A stretch of 64,000 nucleotides of DNA, taken from the NCBI GenBank assembly GCA_048939995.1, contig JBHLOY010000007.1:1-64000 (forward strand), in the 5' to 3' direction. Below, piece after piece: positions 9,576 to 18,822 of the stretch. How positions within the stretch are numbered: the stretch's first letter is position 1; each line of letters opens with the position of its first letter. This stretch comes from Promethearchaeota archaeon. Lineage in GTDB: Archaea > Asgardarchaeota > Lokiarchaeia > Sigyniarchaeales > SOKP01. The position numbers were made by a program, and so were the translations under genes. The notes beneath the pieces were generated by a model. The model saw only the letters and a program-made list of their open reading frames with translations. It had not been told where the DNA came from and did no database searches.

Positions 9576-10898
9576 TTATCTTAAATGCATTGGTATAATC
9601 TGGTTCTTTAACAAATCATCAAAATTCTCAGCATCTCTGATTTTAAAAAAGTTTCCATCAGTGATTAAAATTTCAGCTGGACGTGGTCTTGAATTATAAT
9701 TACTACTCATTACGAATCCATAGGCTCCAGTATCAAGAATCGTAAGATAGTCACCTTCTTTTAGTTCTGGAAGCTCCCTTTCTCTCCCAAGAATATCTCC
9801 AGATTCGCAAATTGGACCGGTTATATCGTATTTTAGTTCTTTCTGATTCCCCTTTTCTTCACAAGGAATTATATGATGATAGGAACCATACATCGTAGGC
9901 CGGATTAAGGTATTAAATCCTGCATCTACTCCTGCAAATAATTTATATCCGTTATCTTTAATAGTATTTACTTGTGTTATTAGTATGCATGATTCAGCAA
10001 CTATATATCTTCCTGGTTCAATTTTAAAAATGGGTTCTCCAATATTCTCCATAAGTGAAAACTTTTTAAAGGATTGTAAAACAATAGATTTATAGGTTTC
10101 TAAGTCTAAAGGCTCAGTGTTTGGAAGGTAAGGTATCCCTAAGCCTCCTCCAAAATCGATGAATTCGAATTTTATCTTTAATGAATCTACTAATTTTTTT
10201 ATGATCGATAAATATTTTTTAGTTGCTTTCTCAAAATCATGTGGATTTATAATACCAGACCCAATATGTTGATGGATACCGAATTTTGAAAAACCATAAT
10301 CTTTTGCTTTTTTATAAGCATCGATTACTTGATTTTCTAATATTCCAAATTTTATGTCTTTTCCAGCAGTAATATTATGGACATGGTGTCCTGCTCCAAA
10401 TTCTGGATTCACTCTAAATGATATTACATTTTTCTCTTTACCTTGATCCTCATATACTTTTGCTAATCTCTCTAATTGACTGACACTATCTAAATTAATT
10501 AAAACATCATTTTTAACTGCAAATTGAAAGTCATTGTTAGTAAACATATTCCCAGTATAAATTATCCTCTCAGGAGCAATCCCCGCTGAAAAACACATGT
10601 AAATTTCACCTTGAGAGGTACAATCAAAAAAAGAACCTTCAGTTTTTAGGATTTTTAAAACCGAAATGTTTGAGTTTGCTTTAACCGCATAGTGGATTTG
10701 ATTCTTCTTATATTCTGAATTAAGCACGCTTTTCAAATTTCTGTATTTTTCTCGAATAATTCTTTCAGATAGGACATAAATAGGAGTTCCAAATTTTTTC
10801 GCTAGCTCTATGCTGTTTACATTATCAAAATAAAGAACATCATTTTGATATTCTAGTTCTTTACTTTTTAACCAATCACTAATTTCCATAAAAACCAT
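9576..10898 (-). CDS. lysA: Diaminopimelate decarboxylase
   Basis: PLP lysine in YAVKAN, HIGS, GGGLGIPY, EPGRY, GPICESGD, GAYG, SNYNSRPRPAE. Confidence 0.95.
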   Translation of the reverse strand: MVFMEISDWLKSKELEYQNDVLYFDNVNSIELAKKFGTPIYVLSERIIREKYRNLKSVLNSEYKKNQIHYAVKANSNISVLKILKTEGSFFDCTSQGEIYMCFSAGIAPERIIYTGNMFTNNDFQFAVKNDVLINLDSVSQLERLAKVYEDQGKEKNVISFRVNPEFGAGHHVHNITAGKDIKFGILENQVIDAYKKAKDYGFSKFGIHQHIGSGIINPHDFEKATKKYLSIIKKLVDSLKIKFEFIDFGGGLGIPYLPNTEPLDLETYKSIVLQSFKKFSLMENIGEPIFKIEPGRYIVAESCILITQVNTIKDNGYKLFAGVDAGFNTLIRPTMYGSYHHIIPCEEKGNQKELKYDITGPICESGDILGRERELPELKEGDYLTILDTGAYGFVMSSNYNSRPRPAEILITDGNFFKIRDAENFDDLLKNQIIPMHLR

Positions 10899-10907
10899 CC
10901 TTCTTTC

Positions 10908-11780
10908 TTAAAATTCAATTTTATCAATAACTCCTTTAAATACTTTAACAATAGGACCTTCCATGAAGACCTTCTTTCCATTAAATGTTATTATTAAATC
11001 TCCCCCATCATTATGCACTAAAACTGAGGTATTTTTTTCAAATAATCCTAATATTGTTCCTGCCACAACAGCTGCACATGTTCCAGTCCCACATGATAAT
11101 GTAATTCCAACACCTCTCTCAAAAACCCTTAAATATGCCTCAGTTTTAGAGACAATCTTCACAAACTCAACATTAGTTCTATTTGGGAAATGCTTATTTG
11201 ATTCAATTGCGGCACCATATTTATTTAAATCATTATCATTGATGATATTCTGAGTAAAAATTACAGCATGGGGGTTTCCCATAGAAACTGCTGTGAAATT
11301 AAAAATCTTATCTAGAATCACAATTTGTTCATTTACACATCTATCAACATCATCATCCAATATAACAGGAATACTATCGCAATCTAGAATTGGAGATCCC
11401 ATATCAACCTTAACTGAATTAACTGAACCATTTACAACTTTTAATTCATTTGTAATAACGTTTTTCATAGTTTCTATTTTTATAGTTTCTTTCTTACAAA
11501 TATTATTTTCATAGATGAATTTAGAAAAACATCGTATCCCGTTGCCACACATTTCACTCTCGCTTCCATCTGGATTGAACATCTGCATTCTTATATCCGC
11601 CTTATTGGATGATGAAACAAACAGTAATCCATCAGCTCCTATAAAAAAATGGGGCTTACATAATATCTTCGCCAATTGACCCAGTTTATCCTCCGGGATT
11701 TTCCATTTAAGATTATCGATAATTATGTAATCATTACCTAAGCCATGCTGCTTCTCAAAATCTAAATTTTCAATTATCAT
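10908..11780 (-). CDS. dapF: Diaminopimelate epimerase
   Basis: HGLGNDY, NPDGSESEMCGNG, SMGNPH, FERGVGITLSCGTG. Confidence 0.95.
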   Translation of the reverse strand: MIIENLDFEKQHGLGNDYIIIDNLKWKIPEDKLGQLAKILCKPHFFIGADGLLFVSSSNKADIRMQMFNPDGSESEMCGNGIRCFSKFIYENNICKKETIKIETMKNVITNELKVVNGSVNSVKVDMGSPILDCDSIPVILDDDVDRCVNEQIVILDKIFNFTAVSMGNPHAVIFTQNIINDNDLNKYGAAIESNKHFPNRTNVEFVKIVSKTEAYLRVFERGVGITLSCGTGTCAAVVAGTILGLFEKNTSVLVHNDGGDLIITFNGKKVFMEGPIVKVFKGVIDKIEF

Positions 11781-11934
11781 ATTTATTCAGTAACGAATTT
11801 AATCTTCCTTAGAATAATAATTAAGATTAAAACTTCATTGAAAAAAATTTCTTTTTTATAACTCTTTTTTGAAAAATCTAAATAAAGCTTAAAATTATAA
11901 TTATATATTCAATTTGAAAGATTTACGAAAGATA

Positions 11935-12456
11935 ATGAAAAAAAAAATACTTATTTTACCATTCTCAATCCTAATTTTGTGTATATTATTACCTTCAGTA
12001 GGAGCTTATCAATATTCTGATAACATAAATGAAGGGATTTCAGTGTTTTTTTTAACAGCATTAGATGAGGGAGAAACCATTGAAATAAATGTAACTCATT
12101 CCGGTATAGGGAACTTTACACTATTCCTCTTTGATCAACGCCCTATGGATTCTTATATAAATTTTGACAAAACTCTAAACCGAGAAATTTTTAATCTAGC
12201 TATTAATTATAGCTTAGAAGAAAACCCTTATCTGCTTTATAATGCTACTTTATCCAAAATCTACTATTTTCAGATTATATTGCTCGATCAAGGACCAGAT
12301 ACGTATTTCATTTATTCCGATAAAGAACTAACCCGTTATTATCTCCCTATCATTCCAGGATATTATTTGTTTTTGATCTTGGCTTTTATCACTATAATAA
12401 TAGTAGCTTTAGTGTTTAAAATTAAAAAAGTAATTTTAAATATATCTGAAAACTAG
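11935..12456 (+). CDS. Secreted/membrane-anchored protein with IPGY-TM-basic C-terminal sorting signal (Loki-CTERM-like)
   Basis: Signal peptide MKKKILILPFSILILCILLPSVGA; C-terminal IIPGYYLFLILAFITIIIVALVFKIKK. Confidence 0.7.
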   Translation: MKKKILILPFSILILCILLPSVGAYQYSDNINEGISVFFLTALDEGETIEINVTHSGIGNFTLFLFDQRPMDSYINFDKTLNREIFNLAINYSLEENPYLLYNATLSKIYYFQIILLDQGPDTYFIYSDKELTRYYLPIIPGYYLFLILAFITIIIVALVFKIKKVILNISEN

Positions 12457-12617
12457 AAAGCGCCGAAGAATTAGTGAACAAGGTTATAATTGGTTTAAAT
12501 TGATTGGTGCTGTTGAATTTAATTAAAAATAAACTTAGTATATTAATTTTTTATGCAAAGAAATTTATATGAAATATGCAATTTAAAATCTAACGAAATC
12601 GAAGCTAGATACTATAT

Positions 12618-13241
12618 ATGTCGCAAGAATCGTGGAAGTATTTTTTAAATTGTAGTTATATTATGGCATTTCTGTTATTTGTTCCTACTCATTATGATCT
12701 TGAAATTTGTTATTTTTTTTATTTTGCTGGAGCAGGAATTTTCAGTCCCTTATGTTATACCAATGTTAATCCGTTTATTTATTGGATTTTTGGCGTGGTC
12801 CTTACAAGATCTATTCCAGGTTCAGGAATATTAATAGAGGTGAAATATTGGTTCTATTCTCCATATATCATTATTGTATCATTAGTATCTTCTTTCACTA
12901 TTATTTTAACTGCTATAATTGCCAATTACAAGGCAAGGAAAATCAAAAAAGGTAAAAAAACTAAAATTAAGATACTTCAATTATTAACATATATTCATGT
13001 TTTTTTGATTTTCATCAATTTTAGCCTGTATCCCTTATTACCATTTTTTGGATATATACTTTGGATATTTGCTCTTTTTTTATTTTGGAATGGAATTCTT
13101 AAATTTAAAAACGCAAATAAAAAGAAAATGCATAATCTTAATGTTTTATTTAGTTCTTGGTTAATTTCTATTACATTGTTAATTCTTATGGTAATTATTT
13201 TTGATATTTTAAATGCTCTTTATATTATTACCCAAAATTAA
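12618..13241 (+). CDS. Multi-pass membrane hypothetical protein
   Basis: Several hydrophobic helices separated by basic loops. Confidence 0.55.
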   Translation: MSQESWKYFLNCSYIMAFLLFVPTHYDLEICYFFYFAGAGIFSPLCYTNVNPFIYWIFGVVLTRSIPGSGILIEVKYWFYSPYIIIVSLVSSFTIILTAIIANYKARKIKKGKKTKIKILQLLTYIHVFLIFINFSLYPLLPFFGYILWIFALFLFWNGILKFKNANKKKMHNLNVLFSSWLISITLLILMVIIFDILNALYIITQN

Positions 13242-13362
13242 TTTCTTAAATATATTTTCTTATGTTAGTAAATAGGCAACCTTTTTAATGTATCAAGAAA
13301 TATCTTCTTCTAAATATTTTTGTATCTAAAATCTCCATATCGGAAGAATTAATTGATAAAAT

Positions 13363-15036
13363 ATGTATGAAACTAAACCTTGGTTAAAATTTTATGATAA
13401 GTATGTCCCAGAGCACATTGATTATCCTGAGACAACAATATATAACGCTGTAAAACAAACTGCTGAAAAATACCCTGATTCAATAGCTTATGATTTTATG
13501 GGATATGAATCTACTTATCGAGAGATGATTGAAGAAATTGATCAATGCGCCAAAGCGTTATCTAATTTAGGATTAAAAGAGGGGGATCGAATGACAATAT
13601 CCATGCCAACAACTCCTCAAGGAATTATTTGTTTTTACGCAATAAATAAAATTGGGGCTATTGCAAGTATGATTCATCCCTTAAGTCCTCCAAGTCAAAT
13701 TGAATTTTTTTTAAACCTGAGTAACAGTACACATCTGCTTACCCTTGACAAAGCTTATACTAACGTCGAGAAAATTATTGACAAGACTCCATTAAAAATG
13801 ACAATTCTAACTCAACTTGGTCATGAACGAGTAGATATAGCCGAAAATCCTAAAATCCAATGGTGGAAATATATAATGGCTAAATCTTACTCTGAAATAC
13901 CAACTTTTGAGATGAATCCTGATGATATGGCTGTGATTTTGTATTCAGGAGGCACTACTGGTATTCCAAAGGGAATCATGCTTTCTAATTACAATTTTAT
14001 AGCTGAAGGAACTCAAGTTGCTACATGGATGGATATGTCAGACAAGGATTCAGCTCTTGCAATTTTACCAATATTTCATGGATTTGGACTTGGTGTATGT
14101 GTTAATTCTGTATTCATGGGAGGAGGAAAAAGTATTTTAGTACCATCATTTACCCCAGATCAGGTAGTAGAGTTAATCAAAACTAAACAGCCTACCTTGC
14201 TATTTGGAGTGCCAACATTATATGAAGCCCTTAATCGAAACCCAAAATTCCAGAACACTAATTTAAGCTTCTTAAAAGCTGCTTTTTGCGGCGCTGATAC
14301 TTTACCGCGTACTACAAAAGAGAAATTTGAAGAAATTTGTAGAAAAAATGGATCAAATGTTCAACTTAGAGAAGGATATGGTTTAACTGAAGCGGTTACT
14401 GGAATTTGTGCCATGCCCTTGGGTGAATATCGGGAGGGAAGCATTGGAATTCCACTTCCAGATATGATGATGAAAATTGTTGAGCTTGAAACTATAAAAG
14501 AAGCGCCTATTGGGCAAGAAGGTGAATTATGTGTTCAAGGTCCCGCTGTAATGTTAGGTTACTTAAATAAACCGGAAGAAACTGCGAAAACATTGAAAAA
14601 GCATGAAGATGGAAAAATATGGCTCCATACTGGAGATATTGCGACGATGGATGCGGATGGATTCTTCTATTTTAAAATCAGATTAAAACGCATGATAAAA
14701 TCATCTGGTTTTAATGTCTATCCTGCTCAAGTTGAAAATGTTCTTTACAAACATCCAGATGTCCTTGAAGCGTGCGTTATTGGTGTACCTGATGAAAAGC
14801 AAGTAGAAAAAGTGAAGGCTTTTGTAGTTTTAAAAGATCCTGACAATGAAAGTAAGGAAATGGAAGAAAAATTAATTAATTATTGTAATGAAAATTTAAT
14901 TAAGTGGAGTTGTCCTCGAGAAATCGAATTTAGTAAACAATTACCTAAGACTCTTGTCGGAAAAATAGATTTTAAGAAGTTAGAAGCACAAGAAAAAGAA
15001 AGGCTAAAAGCTGCGGGAAAATATTATGGGTTATGA
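13363..15036 (+). CDS. Long-chain fatty-acid--CoA ligase (AMP-binding enzyme)
   Basis: YSGGTTGIPKG, EGYGLTE, WLHTGD, and LPKTLVGK motifs. Confidence 0.92.
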   Translation: MYETKPWLKFYDKYVPEHIDYPETTIYNAVKQTAEKYPDSIAYDFMGYESTYREMIEEIDQCAKALSNLGLKEGDRMTISMPTTPQGIICFYAINKIGAIASMIHPLSPPSQIEFFLNLSNSTHLLTLDKAYTNVEKIIDKTPLKMTILTQLGHERVDIAENPKIQWWKYIMAKSYSEIPTFEMNPDDMAVILYSGGTTGIPKGIMLSNYNFIAEGTQVATWMDMSDKDSALAILPIFHGFGLGVCVNSVFMGGGKSILVPSFTPDQVVELIKTKQPTLLFGVPTLYEALNRNPKFQNTNLSFLKAAFCGADTLPRTTKEKFEEICRKNGSNVQLREGYGLTEAVTGICAMPLGEYREGSIGIPLPDMMMKIVELETIKEAPIGQEGELCVQGPAVMLGYLNKPEETAKTLKKHEDGKIWLHTGDIATMDADGFFYFKIRLKRMIKSSGFNVYPAQVENVLYKHPDVLEACVIGVPDEKQVEKVKAFVVLKDPDNESKEMEEKLINYCNENLIKWSCPREIEFSKQLPKTLVGKIDFKKLEAQEKERLKAAGKYYGL

Positions 15037-15314
15037 ATGAAATTACAAAATACGATATACACTCTTTTTTTTATTATTTTCTGATAATGACGAAAACCGA
15101 CATAATAAATATTTAAGGAATTATCAGTTTTGAAAACTTTTCTTGCAAATCATTTTCAAAATAGTTTAAAACCTACTAAATTCGGTGATCCTTGATCTAT
15201 TTCCATCACATAATTTTAAATTCAATACATCAATTCCCTACCTATATTATAAACAGAAAATAAAAGTGAGATAAAATTTCATTTGAGGAGATCAGTAAAA
15301 AACTCGCAGAGATA

Positions 15315-16466
15315 ATGAAAGATACAGAATCTCTGGAGCTAAAAGATGTAGACCTTTTTGCTGAATATATGGAGTTCCAAATGCTCCCTAGTATCGTTCA
15401 AGCAGCTGCTCAGGCAGCTCTTCCGGGAATTGGAAAAGCAGAATGGACACCCACCAAATTTTCACTGGATGTTTCTTATCCTGGTAAAATCCAAACAATT
15501 GAATTCATACGTGCTAATGGCAAGAAGGCAGTAATAGGAGGAGAAGCCGTCCCACCTTTCTATAACTTCCTTGGACTTGATAAACGTAATCCACATCCAC
15601 CTCTAGTGACATATGACGTGTTTGATATGGGTTCAGAAATGATGCTTCCAAAACCTATTAAACAAGAATATAAAGATGTCCTAGCCAACCCAGCAAAGTG
15701 GGCTAAATTTGCCGTTGATAAATTCGGGGCTGAATGTATCACTTTCCATTCTTTAGGAATTGATCCTGGAACACTTGATTGGCCAGTTTCAAAATCAAAA
15801 AAGCTATTTGAAGAAATATTACAAGCTGTTGATGTGCCAGTAATCATCGGATGCTCAGGGAATAAAAAGAAAGACGTCGAAATGTTTAAAGTACTCGCTG
15901 AAGTTGCAGAAGCTGATGTTTTGATGCTTTCAGCAGCTGATAAAGCAACCTGGGAAGAGGTCATTCCTTTAGCTGTTCAATACGACCACAATTGCTTACT
16001 CTGGACAAGTTTAGATCTAAATAACCAAATCAAAATGAATAAGGATGCAGTAGAATTAGGTTTGCCTAGAAACCGAATCGTTATGGACCCAACATGCGCT
16101 ACTCTCGGTTATGGGATGGAGTACAGCTTTAGTATATATCAAAGGATGCGGATTGCAGGCTTATTAGGAGAGGAAGATTTAGCTTATCCGATTAGTGGTG
16201 GAACAACAAATGCTTGGGGCGCTAGAGAGGCATGGATGAGCGAAAAGCAAGTCCCTGAATGGGGTCCAAGAGATTACAGGGGTCCTATTTGGGAAATTAT
16301 TAATGCTCTATCATTAAGTCTTGTGGGCTTAGATTTGGCAATGATGTTTCATCCTGTCGCGGCGAGGCACCTTAAGGATATTACAGCTCAATTTTTCGCT
16401 GAAATTCCAAAAGTAATGGAAGATAAAAGATATTATGATTGGGTTTCGGCGCGTATAAAGAGATAA
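15315..16466 (+). CDS. cdhD: Acetyl-CoA decarbonylase/synthase delta subunit (corrinoid Fe-S protein small subunit)
   Basis: IGGE...PFY, LQAVDVPVIIGCSG...KD, IVMDPT..LGYG.EYS, AWGAREAW, MMFHP motifs. Confidence 0.9.
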   Translation: MKDTESLELKDVDLFAEYMEFQMLPSIVQAAAQAALPGIGKAEWTPTKFSLDVSYPGKIQTIEFIRANGKKAVIGGEAVPPFYNFLGLDKRNPHPPLVTYDVFDMGSEMMLPKPIKQEYKDVLANPAKWAKFAVDKFGAECITFHSLGIDPGTLDWPVSKSKKLFEEILQAVDVPVIIGCSGNKKKDVEMFKVLAEVAEADVLMLSAADKATWEEVIPLAVQYDHNCLLWTSLDLNNQIKMNKDAVELGLPRNRIVMDPTCATLGYGMEYSFSIYQRMRIAGLLGEEDLAYPISGGTTNAWGAREAWMSEKQVPEWGPRDYRGPIWEIINALSLSLVGLDLAMMFHPVAARHLKDITAQFFAEIPKVMEDKRYYDWVSARIKR

Positions 16467-16636
16467 ATCAAAATAATTTTTTTTATTATTAATAAATAGA
16501 ATCAATCCTTTTTTCTACCTGATTCTTAAAAAATAGTATTAACAGTATTCTCATTATAATCTATATTCATAATTTTTATATAATCTATTTAGTTAGGTTA
16601 CAGTGATAAAGTGAATTTAATACGGGGGAAATTAAA

Positions 16637-16741
16637 ATGAAATTCACAAAAATCTATACATATTTTCTTACAATTATAGGGTTTTCAGCTCTATTAGTAT
16701 TAGGCTATTTATTTATACTTCTTGGAAGCCTTTTTTTCTAA
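16637..16741 (+). CDS. Small hydrophobic peptide (34 aa, MKFTKIYTYFLTIIGFSALLVLGYLFILLGSLFF)
   Basis: Read manually. GGGGG SD-like run upstream; single hydrophobic helix. Confidence 0.4.
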   Translation: MKFTKIYTYFLTIIGFSALLVLGYLFILLGSLFF

Positions 16742-16793
16742 TTAAGTAATTCCATTACAAATTTAATTGCTATACAGGAATGAACAATTAATA

Positions 16794-17000
16794 TTATACT
16801 GGCGGTTTTGCATCTGGGCGTGATTCAGTGGCTGGTTTTCCTTCTATACCCCAATGAGTTTTTGGTACTTCATGAACAATCACTTCTACTGCTTGAGGAG
16901 GGATGTCCATATCCACGAATACTTTAGTAATTCCTGATATAATTAATTTTACTTTTTCTTCAGAGATTCCTTTCCACATATTTACATGGATGACTGGCAT
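16794..17000 (-). CDS. 4-oxalocrotonate tautomerase family protein
   Basis: Catalytic Pro1 after Met, about 68 aa, V.V.EV...HWGI.G pattern. Confidence 0.88.
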   Translation of the reverse strand: MPVIHVNMWKGISEEKVKLIISGITKVFVDMDIPPQAVEVIVHEVPKTHWGIEGKPATESRPDAKPPV

Positions 17001-17125
17001 ATTAAATTTCTTATATAATCTGTTTTAAAATATAATAGATTTTCATGTTATATAAGTTTGTTAAAAACGAGATTTTTTAACAATTTAAAACTAAGTAGTA
17101 AAATAATGAGTGAAGAGGATTGAAC

Positions 17126-17362
17126 TCATGCTTTTTGGATTGTTATAGAAAAATCTTCCCCTTCGATCTTGAAATCAACTATTTTATTTTGCGTTTTAGA
17201 GATATATCTTTTGATATTTTCTCCTGCTTCAGCGAAATCACCCAAAACTTCGAGGATATCACCGGATTGTAACTCCAATAATTTCCTTTTTGTTTTTGCT
17301 ACTGGTAAGGGACATACAAGGCCAGTACAGTTTAACTTATGGGTATTTGTCATAATTCTCAC
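17126..17362 (-). CDS. tusA: TusA/SirA family sulfur carrier
   Basis: LNCTGLVCPLP motif and GDILEV. Start may be the ATG at 17353. Confidence 0.88.
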   Translation of the reverse strand: MRIMTNTHKLNCTGLVCPLPVAKTKRKLLELQSGDILEVLGDFAEAGENIKRYISKTQNKIVDFKIEGEDFSITIQKA

Positions 17363-17371
17363 ATTTTAATC

Positions 17372-17734
17372 TTAACTAAATAAAATATTATCTGCTCTTA
17401 CACACATATCAACAAATCCATGCATTGTCGTAACTGAAATACCATCAATTAATTCACCTTCTGAAATGCCCCTAGCCTTCATACAAACTGAACATGCTGC
17501 TATTTTTGCACCTTCTTCAATCACATCTGCCATCCATTTTCCAATGTTATCATGACTTGCGGGTTCTTGGTTTTTTTTGCCTGCAAAGATTCCATCTTCC
17601 ACTAAAAAAACATTTACTTGATGGCCTTCCAATAAGGCAGTATAGACAAATCTTAACATGGTAAAAGGACGTTCTTTTGTATATGGTCCATCAGCAATTA
17701 CCACTGTGAATACTTTCTTTCTTTCAGTCATCAA
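17372..17734 (-). CDS. DsrE/TusD-like sulfur relay protein
   Basis: GPY..E, VFLVEDGI and ACSVCMKARG motifs. Confidence 0.85.
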   Translation of the reverse strand: MMTERKKVFTVVIADGPYTKERPFTMLRFVYTALLEGHQVNVFLVEDGIFAGKKNQEPASHDNIGKWMADVIEEGAKIAACSVCMKARGISEGELIDGISVTTMHGFVDMCVRADNILFS

Positions 17735-17903
17735 TACTTTCCTTAATTTTTTAATATTATTATGATTATGAACGAATAAAGATTTATTAGTTTTTTCGAA
17801 ATTAAATATTTATTTTTTAGATAAAAAGTTAAATAATGTAGATAGTTATTTATAATTGAAAATTTCATTTTTAGATTGCGTAATTATATTAGGGAAAGAG
17901 AAA

Positions 17904-18815
17904 ATGAATATCGAGTATCTTAGGAATTTTATTAAATTAACACAATATCAAAGTTTCTCAGAATTGGCAAAAGATATATCACTTTCTCAGAGTACGCTCT
18001 CTCATCAAATTTCTCAATTAGAAAAAGATTTTGGTGTTGTTCTGATAGAACGGACAACAAAAAAGTTTGAATTAACTGAAGCGGGGCAGATTCTCTTAAA
18101 TTATGCTAAACAGATTGTAACCCTCTATGATAAATGTGAAGCAGAATTAATTAAATTTAGTGCTCACAAATTTGAAGAAATAGTTATTTCAGCCTCTACT
18201 ATCCCCGGATCTCATATTCTCCCAAAATTTATAACTGAATTTAGAAATAAGAATCCTAATGTTAATTTTAAACTTCTAATAAATAATTCTCAGAAATCAA
18301 TAGAAAACCTAAAGAAAGCTTCTGCTGATTTTGCTGGAATCGGTAGTTTTATCAACTATAATAAGGATGAATTTGATTATATTGAGATCGGATTTGATGA
18401 ATTTTACTTCATATGTTCTCCAGATCATAATTTGTTAAAGTCTAGTGTTAAAGAAGTAACTTTTGCTGAACTTATAAAATATCCTTTTGTTTGGAGAGAA
18501 AAGGGATCTGGGATGCGAGATACTTTTCGCCAACAATTTCCCGATTATCTTAAACTGAATATTGAATTAGAGATTAATGATAATGATTCTATTATTTCTA
18601 CAGTTAGCGAATCAAATTATATTAGTATAATGAGTGAAATAATGGCAAACAAGGCAGAAAAAGCAGGCCTGATTAAGAGGTTAAAAATTAAAGAGCATCC
18701 TGTTATTGTTAAAAGACCTTTGTATTTTATTAAAGTAAAAGAATCAAAAGACTTAAGTGAGTTTAAGAAGAAATTCTGGAACTATATATTGCAAAAAATC
18801 AAAAAAAAGAAATAG
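17904..18815 (+). CDS. LysR-family transcriptional regulator (CysL/selenium-associated-like), divergent from dsrE-tusA
   Basis: HTH SFSELAKDISLSQSTLSHQISQLE, ASTIPG..ILP and REKGSG motifs. ATG at 17904 preferred over TTG at 17856. Confidence 0.9.
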   Translation: MNIEYLRNFIKLTQYQSFSELAKDISLSQSTLSHQISQLEKDFGVVLIERTTKKFELTEAGQILLNYAKQIVTLYDKCEAELIKFSAHKFEEIVISASTIPGSHILPKFITEFRNKNPNVNFKLLINNSQKSIENLKKASADFAGIGSFINYNKDEFDYIEIGFDEFYFICSPDHNLLKSSVKEVTFAELIKYPFVWREKGSGMRDTFRQQFPDYLKLNIELEINDNDSIISTVSESNYISIMSEIMANKAEKAGLIKRLKIKEHPVIVKRPLYFIKVKESKDLSEFKKKFWNYILQKIKKKK

Positions 18816-18822
18816 AAATTAT

